Shown in pieces: positions 1-13,329 of a DNA stretch of 64,000 bases. The DNA lies in NCBI RefSeq assembly GCF_009914755.1, contig NC_060928.1; one strand, given 5' to 3'. Each line of letters starts with the position of its first letter. Positions within the stretch are counted from its first letter, which is position 1. The notes under the pieces were generated by a model. The model did no database searches and had not been told where the DNA came from. It saw only the letters and a list, made by a program, of their open reading frames with translations. The position numbers and the translations under genes were made by a program. Origin of the DNA: the human T2T-CHM13v2.0 reference genome, Homo sapiens.

Positions 1-1109
1 GCTGTATTTATAGGTGGAGGTGTGTTCTCAAGCCTAGCTTGGAATGCCAAATGAATTTTGTTACAGAACCTAATGGAGTGTTATTACTTACACTTTAGAT
101 CAGAACTGTGGACTGGTCTGAGAAAATGGCCAATATTAGCAATGGTTTTTAGTGAAAAATCTATCAATTTGACTTACGAATTTGGGAGACTTTAACCCAT
201 TTTCAAACAGGGAACTGCTTCTGATACTGTGTCAAAGCTTGCAGAAGTTAAGGTGAATCTGTTCATTCACAGCCTCCTTGGGATATGATAACGTCTTTCT
301 AAACAGAAGAAACTTAGCGACATCTCAGTAACACCTAAAGATGCCTCAGTCATTGGCATATGGCCACTCTGAATATGATATGGTGTTAAATTCACCAGAA
401 AGACCAGCTTGTCCTAAAAAGTATATTTGTGGTTCTGAATGCAACTCTCATTTGTAAAAAGGATTCCAGAATCAAATGTCTAATCATTTCTTTTTGTTTA
501 AGATAGGCTTTGTGATATTTCTTAGGCTGTAGGGGAGGTAGAAGGCTGAAGGCTGCAGGAAGATAATGGGCGTGTGGAGAGCCCTGCTGGGGCTCTGTCT
601 GAGCTCCTCCTGGGAATAGCTTCCCTAGAGAATGGAACTCCATGGCCTCCACATTTCTGAGGGATTACCACAAACGTGGTTGCTGTCAGGAACAAAGCAA
701 AAGGCAGAGTGATCCCAAAGCCCTCTTGCCCGGAATGTCCTGCTGCTGACATGAAGTGAAACTTACAGAGGAAGGAAATGTCATTTTCACACAGTTAACC
801 ACAGGTGTACAGAGGGCCCCTTGGTGTCTTTCTTATCTTTTCCATGAGCACCTCACATCCACAGGGAGAGGAGCCAATTCTCTCTAACAGCCTTGGAAAA
901 ATACTTGCTCACCAGTGAAGGTTATGTGAATCCTACATAGAGTTTCATATAGAATTTGGGAAGAAGCAATTTGGAAGACTTGATTTGGGAAACTGTAATG
1001 TTTCTCACATAAAATAGAGTCATGTATATTGCATTTTAATAAAATAATGTGTTATGTGGATAAATGTAACCTATTATGCTTGAATATTTATAAAATATTT
1101 CTTCTCTAA

Positions 1110-1345
1110 AGCGATGTGGTTTAGTGAAAGAAACATGCACGTTAGAATGAGTCAGAGATAGGTACAAATTCTGATTTACCTACTAGGGAGTTAAGTGTTT
1201 TGGGGCAAATCATTGGCAGTATATCAGAAATTTTCATCTACAAAACAGAAATAGTAATAGCAATCTCACAGGGCTATTGTGGGATTAAATAATAGAACAA
1301 CATTTAGCATATACCTGCACATAACAAAGACCCAATAATATTTGT
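1110..1345 (+). mobile_element. MIR SINE, degraded
   Basis: Resembles the MIR core ('ttttcatctacaaaacagaaatagtaatagcaatctcacagggctattgtgggattaaa'). Confidence 0.7.
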
Positions 1346-1460
1346 TTAAGACATTTCCAGTCAAATTCTATTTTCATATATACAGTAAGTTAAAAGCATC
1401 TTCCTGTTAACAAAATCAATTAATTGTGGTCAAAATATTAGGAATGTTTAAAGTACAGAA

Positions 1461-1768
1461 TTTTATTTCATTTTTTAAAAAATGGAGTCAGGGACTCACT
1501 CTGTTGCCCAGGCTGGGGTGAAGTGGCACAATCATAGCTCACTGCAGCCTCCAGTTCCTGGTCACAAGCAATCCTCCCACCGCAGCCTCCAGAGTAGCTG
1601 GAACTACAAGAGTTCACCACCAAGTCTGGCTAATTATAAAATTCTTTTTATAGAGATAAGGTCTCACTAAGGTTCCCAGGTTGCTCTTGAATTCCTGGCC
1701 TCGAGTGATCTTCCCACTTCAATCTCCCAAACTGTTGGGATTACAAGTGTAAACTGTCACATCCAGCC
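1461..1768 (-). mobile_element. Alu, old (AluJ-like)
   Basis: Antisense dimeric Alu, heavily diverged, 'atcatagctcactgcagcctcc' J-type motif. Confidence 0.9.
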
Positions 1769-2506
1769 CATAATTTATTTATGATGGTGACCTATTCTAT
1801 GGGCTAATGGAATATATTTATTTTATATTTTGTATTTAATTAGGTTTCTTGATTGATTACCCATCATGGATTGAAAAGTTATGTCAAGACCTAAAGGAAT
1901 AAGGAAATCTCCATGAACTATATATAAGTCTAAAAAATAATGTAATGATAGTGAAGAGTAAAAGATATTAGATTGAATGAAAAGTTGATTACTTGATTGC
2001 TCCCAAGCTTCCTTTTTTTCCTGAACCTCAAATAAAGCTAAATTCTATTGTTTTTCATTTTAAGTTCTCAGGAAAATAGGAAAAAAATTAACAACATGAG
2101 GGAAGTTGTAAGACATGGGAAATGATAGAGTGCTTTACACCCAGGCCTGTGTAGACTGACTCCCCTGCTGAGATGGTAAGTAGGAAACCTCATTGTATTT
2201 TCTCCTCTACTTTTAGTTTTGAGGGTATTTTGAAACTTACCAAATGTTCTTATGTCTCTATTTTGTCAACGGATGACCACCTTTGATAATGACTCTTCAC
2301 TCTGGTCATACTTCAGAAGATGCCAACAGGACAACAGAGCAGCAGGTGCCCTGCCTCAGGTGGACAGCCTCCAATCTTGGTGATGACTATACATTGTGTC
2401 TTCTTCCACATATCCATATAAATCTCATACATATTCATTTTTACTTTAAAATTTTATATTTGTATATTGAAATATATTTACTTAAGAAGAACATACTAAG
2501 TGCCTA

Positions 2507-3065
2507 TGTGTGGCTTTGTATTATGTCAGCTTCACTAAACTGGAAGTATGTTTTCCAGACTTCACTTTCCTGTATGTTTCAGGGTAAGGGTTGTCCACAA
2601 GAGAAATTTTCATAAGATTTGGGAAACAGAAAAGAAGCACAGCCATTTTTGCATGCTCTGAAATTTGGTGCATGGTGCCAGTCATGACGGCAACCTGTGC
2701 ATGCTGTCACTGATCTGCTTGGCCTACCTGGGTGGCCAGGTGGATAGCACCTGGGTCTGCAGCTTCTCCAGTTCTTGCTGGATTGTCTGCTCTGGACATT
2801 CTGTTTCCTAGCTCTATGTCAATGGGGATTAGCTTCTCTTGCAGGTTACCTGTGTTGTCGAGGTTGGAGGTAGTGAGAGACAGATACTGGTTCCAGTCTA
2901 TCCTTGCTCTCTCCCACTTTGCATCCAGCTGTTCTTCCCAACTAGTGTTCCAGCTTGCATATTGCAATCTCAGGCCCCACATCAGATGCAGAGGAAAGAT
3001 CTAGCTACTTTATTTTACATTAGTCATAGTAGTACTGCTTTTCTGGTTGATCCCTGACTGATATA
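2507..3065 (+). mobile_element. MLT2-family (ERVL) solo LTR inserted into an L2 3' end
   Basis: Starts TG, ends 'ccctgactgatata'; perfect 5-bp TSD GCCTA at 2502-2506 and 3066-3070; flanks rejoin into an antisense L2 tail. Confidence 0.8.
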
Positions 3066-4130
3066 GCCTATATATGTCAGACACTGTGCTGGGTTTGGAG
3101 ATAGCAATGGTGAGCCAGTTCAGTATTGACCTTTTTTATAGAGCTTAAAGTCTAACTTAGGATATTATTATTATAATACAAAAGAAATAACATGTTATTT
3201 TTAATTTTCAATCAAGCTGAGGTTATTTAATAATGCTTTCATTTTTATAACCCTTTTTTACTTTTCAAAGAGCTTTCTTGTTATTTGCTCACTGTCACAT
3301 CTTTGCAGCTGTGGAGAAGACTAAGCAGAGATTTAAGAATACTCCTATCCCAAGGTTGCACAATTTGTAAGTGGCAGGAATGTAGTCTTCTGATTCATAT
3401 TCCAGTGCTTGTCTTAATGTGAAAGTTATGAAAATAAATCAAATTTTGTACTTTCATGGAGCAAATGTTACTATCAGATCAGTTGTGTCTACATTTCACC
3501 AAAATATTTACCAATCCAGAAAAAAAAATAAGCCAATATGAGATACTTGGCACCACGTAGGAAACCACATTGGATTTCTCAGTTTTCAAACAATTATCCT
3601 GATGTCAAGAAGATGTGACCCCAGAAATATGAAAAAAATAAAATGTCAGTTGTCTTGGTGACCTTTCTTTTGATGCTAAGCTTCATATAATAGGCATCTA
3701 CAGGTTTCACTTTTAGACTGTGTTCTTCTACAGAGTGGCAGGAGAGATGCTGAAATTTGTGCCAATATTTCACTGGAGGTGATCATTTTCAATCTATGTA
3801 CATAGGGACACAGCTGGAGTGACAGACACTTCTGCCAATTATGACACCTAGATGGATTTTGACAGAAAAATGACAGTCATGACAGCATTTCCTCCAGAGC
3901 CTAAAAACTGTGAGTAGGTCAGAAGAGTTATCCAGTAGGCTCTAGATTCTGTCTCCTTCTAAGCAACCAAAAGCAGGGTTGTTCCCCTCTGTGATGTCAT
4001 TCCCTGAGAGTCAAAGTATGTGTCTATCATCCTTAATGTGGTTTTAAAGACATTTTATTATAAAGTTAATATATACTGGTTTGTAAAATTAAACTCTGTA
4101 GAAGGTTGTGGAGAAAAAAATATCTCCTAT

Positions 4131-4264
4131 TTCCCCACCCCTATTTCTACTTCCCAGAGTTAGTCATTCTCAAAAATGTATATATATACACATGTATATG
4201 TATGTGTATATATATACATTTTTGAGAATGACTAACTCTGGGAAGTAGAAATAGGGGTGGGGAA
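4131..4264. repeat. Perfect inverted repeat, 63-bp arms with 8-nt spacer
   Basis: 4131-4193 is the exact reverse complement of 4202-4264; spacer GTATATGT. Confidence 0.95.
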
Positions 4265-4450
4265 TATATATATGTATATATGTATATATATGTATATATG
4301 TGTATATATGTATATATGTATATATATGTATATATGTGTATATATGTATATATGTATATATGTGTATATGTATATATGTATATATGTGTATATGTATATA
4401 TGTATATATGTGTATATGTACATATGTATATATGTGTATATGTATATATG
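4265..4450. repeat. (TA/TG)n alternating purine-pyrimidine microsatellite with longer-period structure
   Basis: Direct reading; source of the IHIYTY-type ORFs at 4170-4545. Confidence 0.97.
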
Positions 4451-4464
4451 CTCTTTGTATGTGG

Positions 4465-5134
4465 GATTCATTCTTCTCCCTGCATCTCAGCTCTAACCTC
4501 CTCTCCTCAGAGAGGCCTTGCCTGACCACTCACTGTACAAGGTAATTCCCCAGTTATATTCAGTCTCCTCATGCTGTTTATTTCCCTCATAGCCTGAATC
4601 ACAATGGCTCTAATTTGTTCTTTTCCATGGTCTTTCTCACTAGAATGTAAGCTCTACAAAGAAAGGGTGCTTGTCTGGCTTGCTTACTGCAATTTCTTCT
4701 CTAATCAAGATGTTGTTAAGGGTGTCATTCATTGCATTATGCAAAGTCTTCTTTATTTCTTTCTGGATTTTTTTTTTTTTTTGATGGAGTTTCGCTCTTG
4801 TCACCCAGGCTGGAGTGCAATGGTGCGATCTTGGCTTACTGCAACCTCCGCCTCCTGGGTTCAAGTGATCTCCTGCCTCAGCCTCCTTAGTAGCTGGGAT
4901 TACAGGCACCCACCACCACAACAGGCTAATTTTTGTATTTTTAATAGAGATGGGGTTTCACCATGTTGACCAGACTGGTCTTGAACTCCTGACCTCAAGT
5001 GACCCAACCGGCTCGGGCTTCCAGAGTGCTGGGATTACAGATGAGAGCCACCATGCCTGGCCCATTCACTGCAATTTCTTAGTGCTTGTCAGAAGCATTC
5101 AATAAATATTTGCTGAATAAATTGTTGAATGAAT
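4465..5134 (+). mobile_element. L2 3' end interrupted by an Alu
   Basis: 'cactagaatgtaagctc' and terminal 'caataaatatttgctgaataaattgttgaatgaatg'. Confidence 0.8.
4768..5062 (-). mobile_element. Alu (AluS-like)
   Basis: Full dimer, antisense, poly-T at 4768-4782. Confidence 0.95.
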
Positions 5135-5712
5135 GGGATCCTGATAAATTTCTTAGTTCCAGATGCTGCTGAGGATAGGCCTCGGTACTTGTGTACTGTA
5201 GGATAATTCTGTGCCCTTGTATTGAACCCCTCCTTCTGAGCAAGTTTGAATGGGAGTTCTATAAAATCAAACATGTTTTGATAATTTTTCCCACTAATTT
5301 ATATATAACTATGAGAGAAACATTTAATAAATATATAAATATTTGCCCAAAGGAACACTGTTGCACATACAAAGATATGGCACTATCAAATACAACCATT
5401 GAAGGCAGGCAGCTTTCCCAAGTGGAAGCTTACAGTTGCTCGTTGGATGATATACAAAATTCCTAATTAGGCATATAAAAAATGGTGCTGTTGTTTCAAC
5501 GTTCAGTTTGTTTGAAAGTTCAATGCACAAAGTCATATACCCCCAAGGCTGTGTATGTCAAGTTAACCTGACAGAGAGCTATTCTGTTTGTGCCAACTTT
5601 ATGAATTTCCTCTAAACAGCAGTGATTTGTCTAAAAAACATCTCCTATCTGTATGTATGCAGAAAAGCTGTGCTCACTGAGATGTCTAGATTTATTGTTG
5701 ATGCATTATTAT

Positions 5713-5798
5713 GGTCTTGAACTCCTGGGCTCAAGTGATCCTCCTACCTCGGCCTCCCAAAGTGCTGAGATTACATGCATGAGCCACCATGCCTGGAC
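5713..5798 (-). mobile_element. Alu left-monomer fragment
   Basis: 'ggtcttgaactcctgggctcaagtgatcctcc...gagccaccatgcctgg'. Confidence 0.9.
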
Positions 5799-8700
5799 AA
5801 TTTTTTTTTTGCTTATGAATTCACCTTATTTTATATATAAGGCAAATGATATAATTTTGCACTTCACGTTTTAACAATCTCTTTATTTATTTACTGTATT
5901 GAATTTAAGCTGGACATATGGGATTGCCCATTTTACAAGTAAAGCTCAAGAAGCTAAATGCTTTCCAGAGTTTACAATGAGTGAGGGACAAACACTGGGA
6001 TGAGGGCCTCCAACCATCCAACCATCCAACCATCTCATCAAAAGAGTAATTAAAAATTATTCATGCAGGATTTGCAAAGAAAATAGAAAAACTGGGTTCT
6101 GCGCCCTTAATCCAACACCTTCCTAAAGGATATAAAAGAGTTGAGGTTGAAGAAAGAGAATGAGGAAGTATCTTTGTGGAAAGTTGTCGGAGGCCTGTGG
6201 CATTTTCCTTCCCCTTCCCTTCAGGGATGTAGGTAGGGAAGTGCTTTCTTTTCAGCTCAAGTCTAATGAGAATACTTTTGAAGGGGCTGAATTCAAGCTT
6301 ACTATGTGTCTCCTGGAATTTTGAGGATACACAGGAGACTGGTGGTTGACTTGCACTGAAAAAAAAGAAAGGCAGATATATCAGGAATTGCTTATGATGG
6401 CAGAGTGAGGACAGTGGGCAGTGCTGGAGCGTGGATTGATGTGGGAAGAATGTATGAGCTCCTGCTGGCCAGGTGGCTGCCACAGAAGGCAGCCAGGTGA
6501 AAGCTATGTGAAAAACCCTTCCCAAGAGGGAAGCCTGCCAGGATGGGAGACCAAAGCAGTAGGAAGCTATGGGTCTACACTAGGGCAGGGAGGTAGGAAG
6601 TAGAGGATACAGAAAGGTTAGTTGGAGGATGTATCACCCTTGAGGAAATGGTGCAGTTTAGTGTTCAGCTCTAGTGATCCACTGTGGTCAGAAAGCACCA
6701 ACGTTAGACCACAACAGAACTACTCTAGCAAGACCTTTGTTTCTTTTTTGTCTTCACTTCCTTGCCAGCCTGCCCCAGTGGGTGGGGATACTGTGGTAAA
6801 GGTTGGATGGGGTGAAACAATTAGAAATGTGGCAAGGGACTTGAGGGAAGAACTGGTACCATGGAAACAAAGAAGGTTGGCCAGACATCCCAATCCCTTC
6901 CCTGCTGCAGATTTCTGCCTGAAATATGTCTGAACTAACAAACAGAAGTAAGAGTATTACATTAAATGGGACTGCTATTATGTCTAAAAGTAACTGAAAA
7001 AACTATGTGACCCACTCAAGTTCTTATCCAGGCACAAGAAGAAAGGTAAGAGGGTTTGCAGCAGGTATTTGTGATAAAGAATAGACTTGGAGTTTCCACG
7101 CTTTTGAATTCTATTTGTTCAGCATAATAGTTACATAAACAATTAGATACAACATGATAATTACATATAAAATTTAAGCAATAATAAGTATAGTTTAATA
7201 ATACATATTTTTAGTTTCTGGCTTGGGGACCACACTGTGAAACCCATTCACCTAGACCCCAGTCTAACTTGCTCCTCCCCAGACCATGGAATTCTGCTTG
7301 TCACCAGTGAAATTTCAAGTGTCATTAGTTTTAAAGACTATTTCTGCTTGTGCCACTTATGACCAACCTTAGCATTTCCTTTGCTAATACTCCTATGACC
7401 TCTTAGAATCTTGTGGGTTTTGATTGCTTTTCCTACCCGAAAAGAAAGATGTAATATTTTTTAGCTGAATTTTTCTTTTAAGATAAGTAGACTTTATGGT
7501 GTTAGCAAACAATACTTATTGAAGACTTTTCCATTAATAAAACAAAATAAAGCAAAATAATACAAAGATCCTTCTACTTATACCTCAGGTTACCTTCCAG
7601 AAGCTACCTTGTAGCAAAAGAATCACCCGGCGGTGTCTGCAACTACCACTTCCCATGGAGTGGCTAACTGTAATTTTTGCTGTTGTTCATTTAATTTTCT
7701 CTGCCAATCATATTTACATTTAAAACAGTAAAAAGAATTTTTCCTCTTTTGGAAGGAAAAGGTTACTTTTTCAGTAAATGTTTTCTTTATAGAAACGTAG
7801 GCACACACATTAAAGATTTTCCTGTCAAACAAGGATACCACAGACTCAAATCTCAATTAGGTTTTAAAATATTCCAGATTGTACAACTTCTATGTCTGCA
7901 TATTTTATATCACAAAGTCAGGTGTCTCATTTTGCTCAATTTCTCTACTTACTTGAACCATCATTCCAACTCCAAGTGGTACATCCTTGTGCAGTACCAT
8001 GCTTTCTAACAGATGATAGAGTTGTCACTCTGTTTAAGGCTTGCATAGTTTTGGTGTATGTTATCGACATGTAGAGATTATATGCAGATGGCAGATTGTG
8101 GCCATCTTGCAAATATATTTCTATAATCATTTTTACAGATGGGAAATGCAATGATAAAAAAGGAAAGAATTGATTCTAAAGCACAGAAAATATGTTCAAA
8201 CAGCTTCCTTCCCCAAAACAAACTTGACCAACTTTGCATCTGATCTTGGCATGTGCTCTTATGTTTAAGGCAGTGTTTGGTTTTCAGGTTTTCCATGGCT
8301 TTTTTCATGCCCACTACATTTCTTTTCTGATTTTGGCAGTTCTCATTAGGTATTTCAATTAATAGTCAAGAAATCATACAAATAGGAAGTAACTTTAGTG
8401 AAATTATGAGACTTAAGTTGAAGATGATTTGACTGCTTATAGCCAATATATGTCTGTCCCTACAGCTTTTTCTTTTTCTCCTTCTGTCCTGATACAATTG
8501 GCCATCAAGATTTTAAGTGTAGCCACTCTGGAAGATTCCCAGATGTCCCAGTATAAGAAAATGTGTACCCAGCATTTGAAGAACCCTGTTTTGAGATTTA
8601 ATCCATTTGCACACTTGGTTAGCTCTGTTAATTCAATTACCTTAAAAAGTAGCAAAGATAAAATTCACCAGAATCTAATTTCATTTCATTTCCTTTCTCT

Positions 8701-9544
8701 CTTTCCTGAGTCTTATTACTGCTTTATTTGCAATTGGTTGGAATTTTAGAGAAATTTCCTCATTTAGAGAATCTTCTTCATTAAGTGCAAATCTCACAAA
8801 GTTTACATTTAAAACAACAAAAAGAATTTTTATCACAAATGCTACTCAATAAGGAGTCATAAAAATTTAGAGATAACTTTTTCTAGAAACCTTATTTTCT
8901 TTTCACTTCACATAAATCAGTTATTCTTTCTTTTAAGTTACTTCCTGAATAACAGAAACCTCTGTTAAATATACTTTTCTAAAAGTCCAAAATACAACCA
9001 TGAAAAGTCTTTGAGAGCCCTTTCTTTCAGGCTGAGTCAACATGAAATAAAACTTTATAGTAGACTGAGATACTCTTGCCCTCTGCATATCTACCTTTGA
9101 TGTCTCCCCTCTTATCCTCCAGTGATATATCAGGACAACTCACAGGTCTCACAGCTCCTCCAGGACACCCAGCTAATATATTTGCACAGAAAATATTACC
9201 TAAAAGTAAAAGAAATTCATCTCCTTATCTCTAAGAGGGGCTGTGTAACAAAATATTAAACAGGTTTACATACATACCACCCTACCGTAAATAGAAATTC
9301 CAACACTAGAAAACACTGGCAGATGGAAATGATATGGATAAATAGTTTCGTGCTGCCATTAAATTTCTTGGAAACTTCTAGAATGGCTACTGGGGCAGTC
9401 AAAGGTAGTTTCCTCTGAAGTCTTGGATGAGAGCAGTTTTTTGATCAAATAATTCACTTTCCTTTTTACTTTTAGCATGCAATGTCTTTAACACCCTTTC
9501 TTCTATAATCAAAAAAAATATTAACAATGTGTTTTAGGACATCT

Positions 9545-10030
9545 GCTACAGCAATAGCTGATTGGCCTAGAAATAGATAACTGACCCAAAGGCCATTAAG
9601 CCACGGACTGCTCAGCAGCCTGTCAGGGCTGGCTGTAACAGATGAGCCCAACCAGCCAGATTCTCTCTGGTGATAGTTTTGTATTAAGAAACCCAGAGAC
9701 AACTGAAGCCAGCTACAGGACTTGAGCAGGAAAGTCACATGAACAGTTGTTGGAGCCATTGTTTTGGAGCCATATGTAAGATAATTAAACAAAGAAAGCA
9801 GATCGAGAGACTGAAGAATGAAGCCAACTCATAGAAAAAAGCAGATGAGAGAAATGATAAAGTCCTGGGATGGGAAGAGAGAGCTAGGACTTTGAGTTTC
9901 CTGGTGTTCGTATTCTAAGAAGGCCAGCTTGCCTTGCTTCTTGAGATTGAAATCCATGAAATCCCTGTATTCTCCTTTTTTTTTTTTTCTAAACTCGAAT
10001 TAATTTGAGAAGGTTTCTGTTCTTATATAG
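9545..10030 (+). mobile_element. Old MaLR LTR (MLT1J/K/L-like)
   Basis: 'ctgacccaa', 'ccagattctctct' and terminal 'ggtttctgttctta' resemble old MLT1 LTRs. Confidence 0.55.
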
Positions 10031-10606
10031 TAAGATAATATTTTGACATAGTAACTGAGGTTTTATTTTTGCTCCAGACTTCCTGTTCTTCTTTCCCCCT
10101 ATTTTGGTAGCAGGGAGGGCCTTCTATGTTCATATCCATGGGTAGGGGTTTTAACCTCAGAAATAGAAAGTAAGAAAAAGATTCAAGGCTTAACACTTGA
10201 ATTTATCAAGTAGACGTTCCCACAAATGCATGGCAAAGGCAATCACTTTGACAGGAAAGACTTTTCAAGAATCAAGGGCCAAGACCTTGGCATCCTTGGA
10301 CCACAGAGGAGGACTGGAGGAAGGAAGAAACCCTGAAAGACTAAGATTTGCCAAGATCCTGATTAAACCAAGACATCAATGAATATGTCTGAGTATTACC
10401 TAGAAATGAGTGAATCAAGTTTTCTGCCATCAGGGGAAAATTGAGGCTTATGAGGAAAATAAATCTATTTATTGAAAATTTTAAATTTGAAGTAAAAAAG
10501 ATATCAATTCTTCTATCTGAGTTTATAGCCTGTTAAAATCATACCCAGAATATCAAGCCATAAGAAAACACAGAAATTTCAGGAGGGAAGTTATACAAAG
10601 AATTAA

Positions 10607-10910
<304 letters not shown>

Positions 10911-11009
10911 GAATTAAAAATATTTCCTCCTCCAAACATGTACACATAACAGGTTGGGAAGGGCATTCTTGCATAAAATACTGTGGGAGTCCCCATCTAT
11001 CACAGATCA

Positions 11010-11250
11010 GAATAATAGCTGACATTTACTGAATGCTTGCTACTATTTAGTTCTGAAATAAGAATTTTACCTAATATTTCATTTAATCTATATTTATCAC
11101 AAGGCAGTAGGCTAATTAGTATCCCGATTTTATAGATAAGAAAACTGAGGCCTAAAGACATCAATGCCTGTGGTTTCAAAGCCATCAAGCTAAGTTCTAT
11201 TAAAATTATATTCCAGCTGCCTACCCTAAGACCATAAGCTCCTTTCACAA
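11010..11250 (-). mobile_element. MIR
   Basis: 'atcccgattttatagataagaaaactgaggcc' antisense MIR core. Confidence 0.8.
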
Positions 11251-11309
11251 GGTCTGAGTCCTAGCACAATCAAAGATCTATCTTTGCTGTCATTTGTGAA
11301 GCACTTTGG

Positions 11310-12471
<1,162 letters not shown>

Positions 12472-13329
12472 GGAGCTATTATACACCTGATACCTACTTT
12501 ATAGGGGACACTCAACAAACATTTGTTGAATAAATGAGTGCATAAAAACCACCCATACCCGAGCATTCAGAACACAATATTTATTTCATAAAATAAAGAT
12601 TTTGAACTGAGAAAATAATATTTTTAGAGATAGCATTATCCTTTAACTGAATTGGAAGAAAAAGGAACATTCAACTGTTTACTGTCTCTTGATTCCTACC
12701 CATATTTTATTTAGAAAATATGCCCATATGAAAGATACCCTGGTGGTAAAGCATTAACAAATTAAACCAAATGTCATTAAGTCTGTCTCATTTCTCAATC
12801 ATGTGGAACTTCAGTAGCTCCCACAAGTGAGCATACTAATTCACTGTGCTCTGTATTTTTCCATTTGTCAACTGCTTTCTATTTTGCTCTGCTTTTTAAA
12901 TTAAGGATTGGCTACTTAGGCTGCAGAAGAATCCTTTTTTGCTGCCTTCTGTTTTCCAAAGTTTAACGGGAGGTGCCTCATTTGTATTTTTCAGATACCC
13001 CTGACTTGTCTTATTCATATTCATGAACCTTCCTGGTTGTTCTTTTTCTCTGTGAATTGCTCTTAACAGACCATTTTCCCTCAAACCCTTTGCATTCACA
13101 GTAAGCTGCTTCCAAAACCAAAAGGAACATTAGCAGCAGGTGAAATCTCCATTACTGGTGGTTAGAAAAGAATCCTAATTGATTTAAAATATTAAATATA
13201 ATTTCCTCTAAATGTTTGCCCTAAATATTTTACCTACAGGTATTCAAATTCAGGTCTTTTCTTAAGATAAGAATGCTTCTATCTGAATAGGAGCCTTACA
13301 GTAGTAAGATAATTGTGATGGATTACTTA

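Noticed and set aside
4170-4545. Five overlapping ORFs rich in Y/I/H/M/C/V
   Set aside because: Translation of a TA/TG microsatellite that lacks stop codons.
6008-6034. (TCCAACCA)x3 short repeat
   Set aside because: Simple slippage repeat with no spacers; not CRISPR-like.
6061-6933. 154-aa and 103-aa ORFs in non-repeat sequence, plus a TATA-like TATAAAA near 6131
   Set aside because: No recognisable protein similarity or splice structure; lengths compatible with chance.
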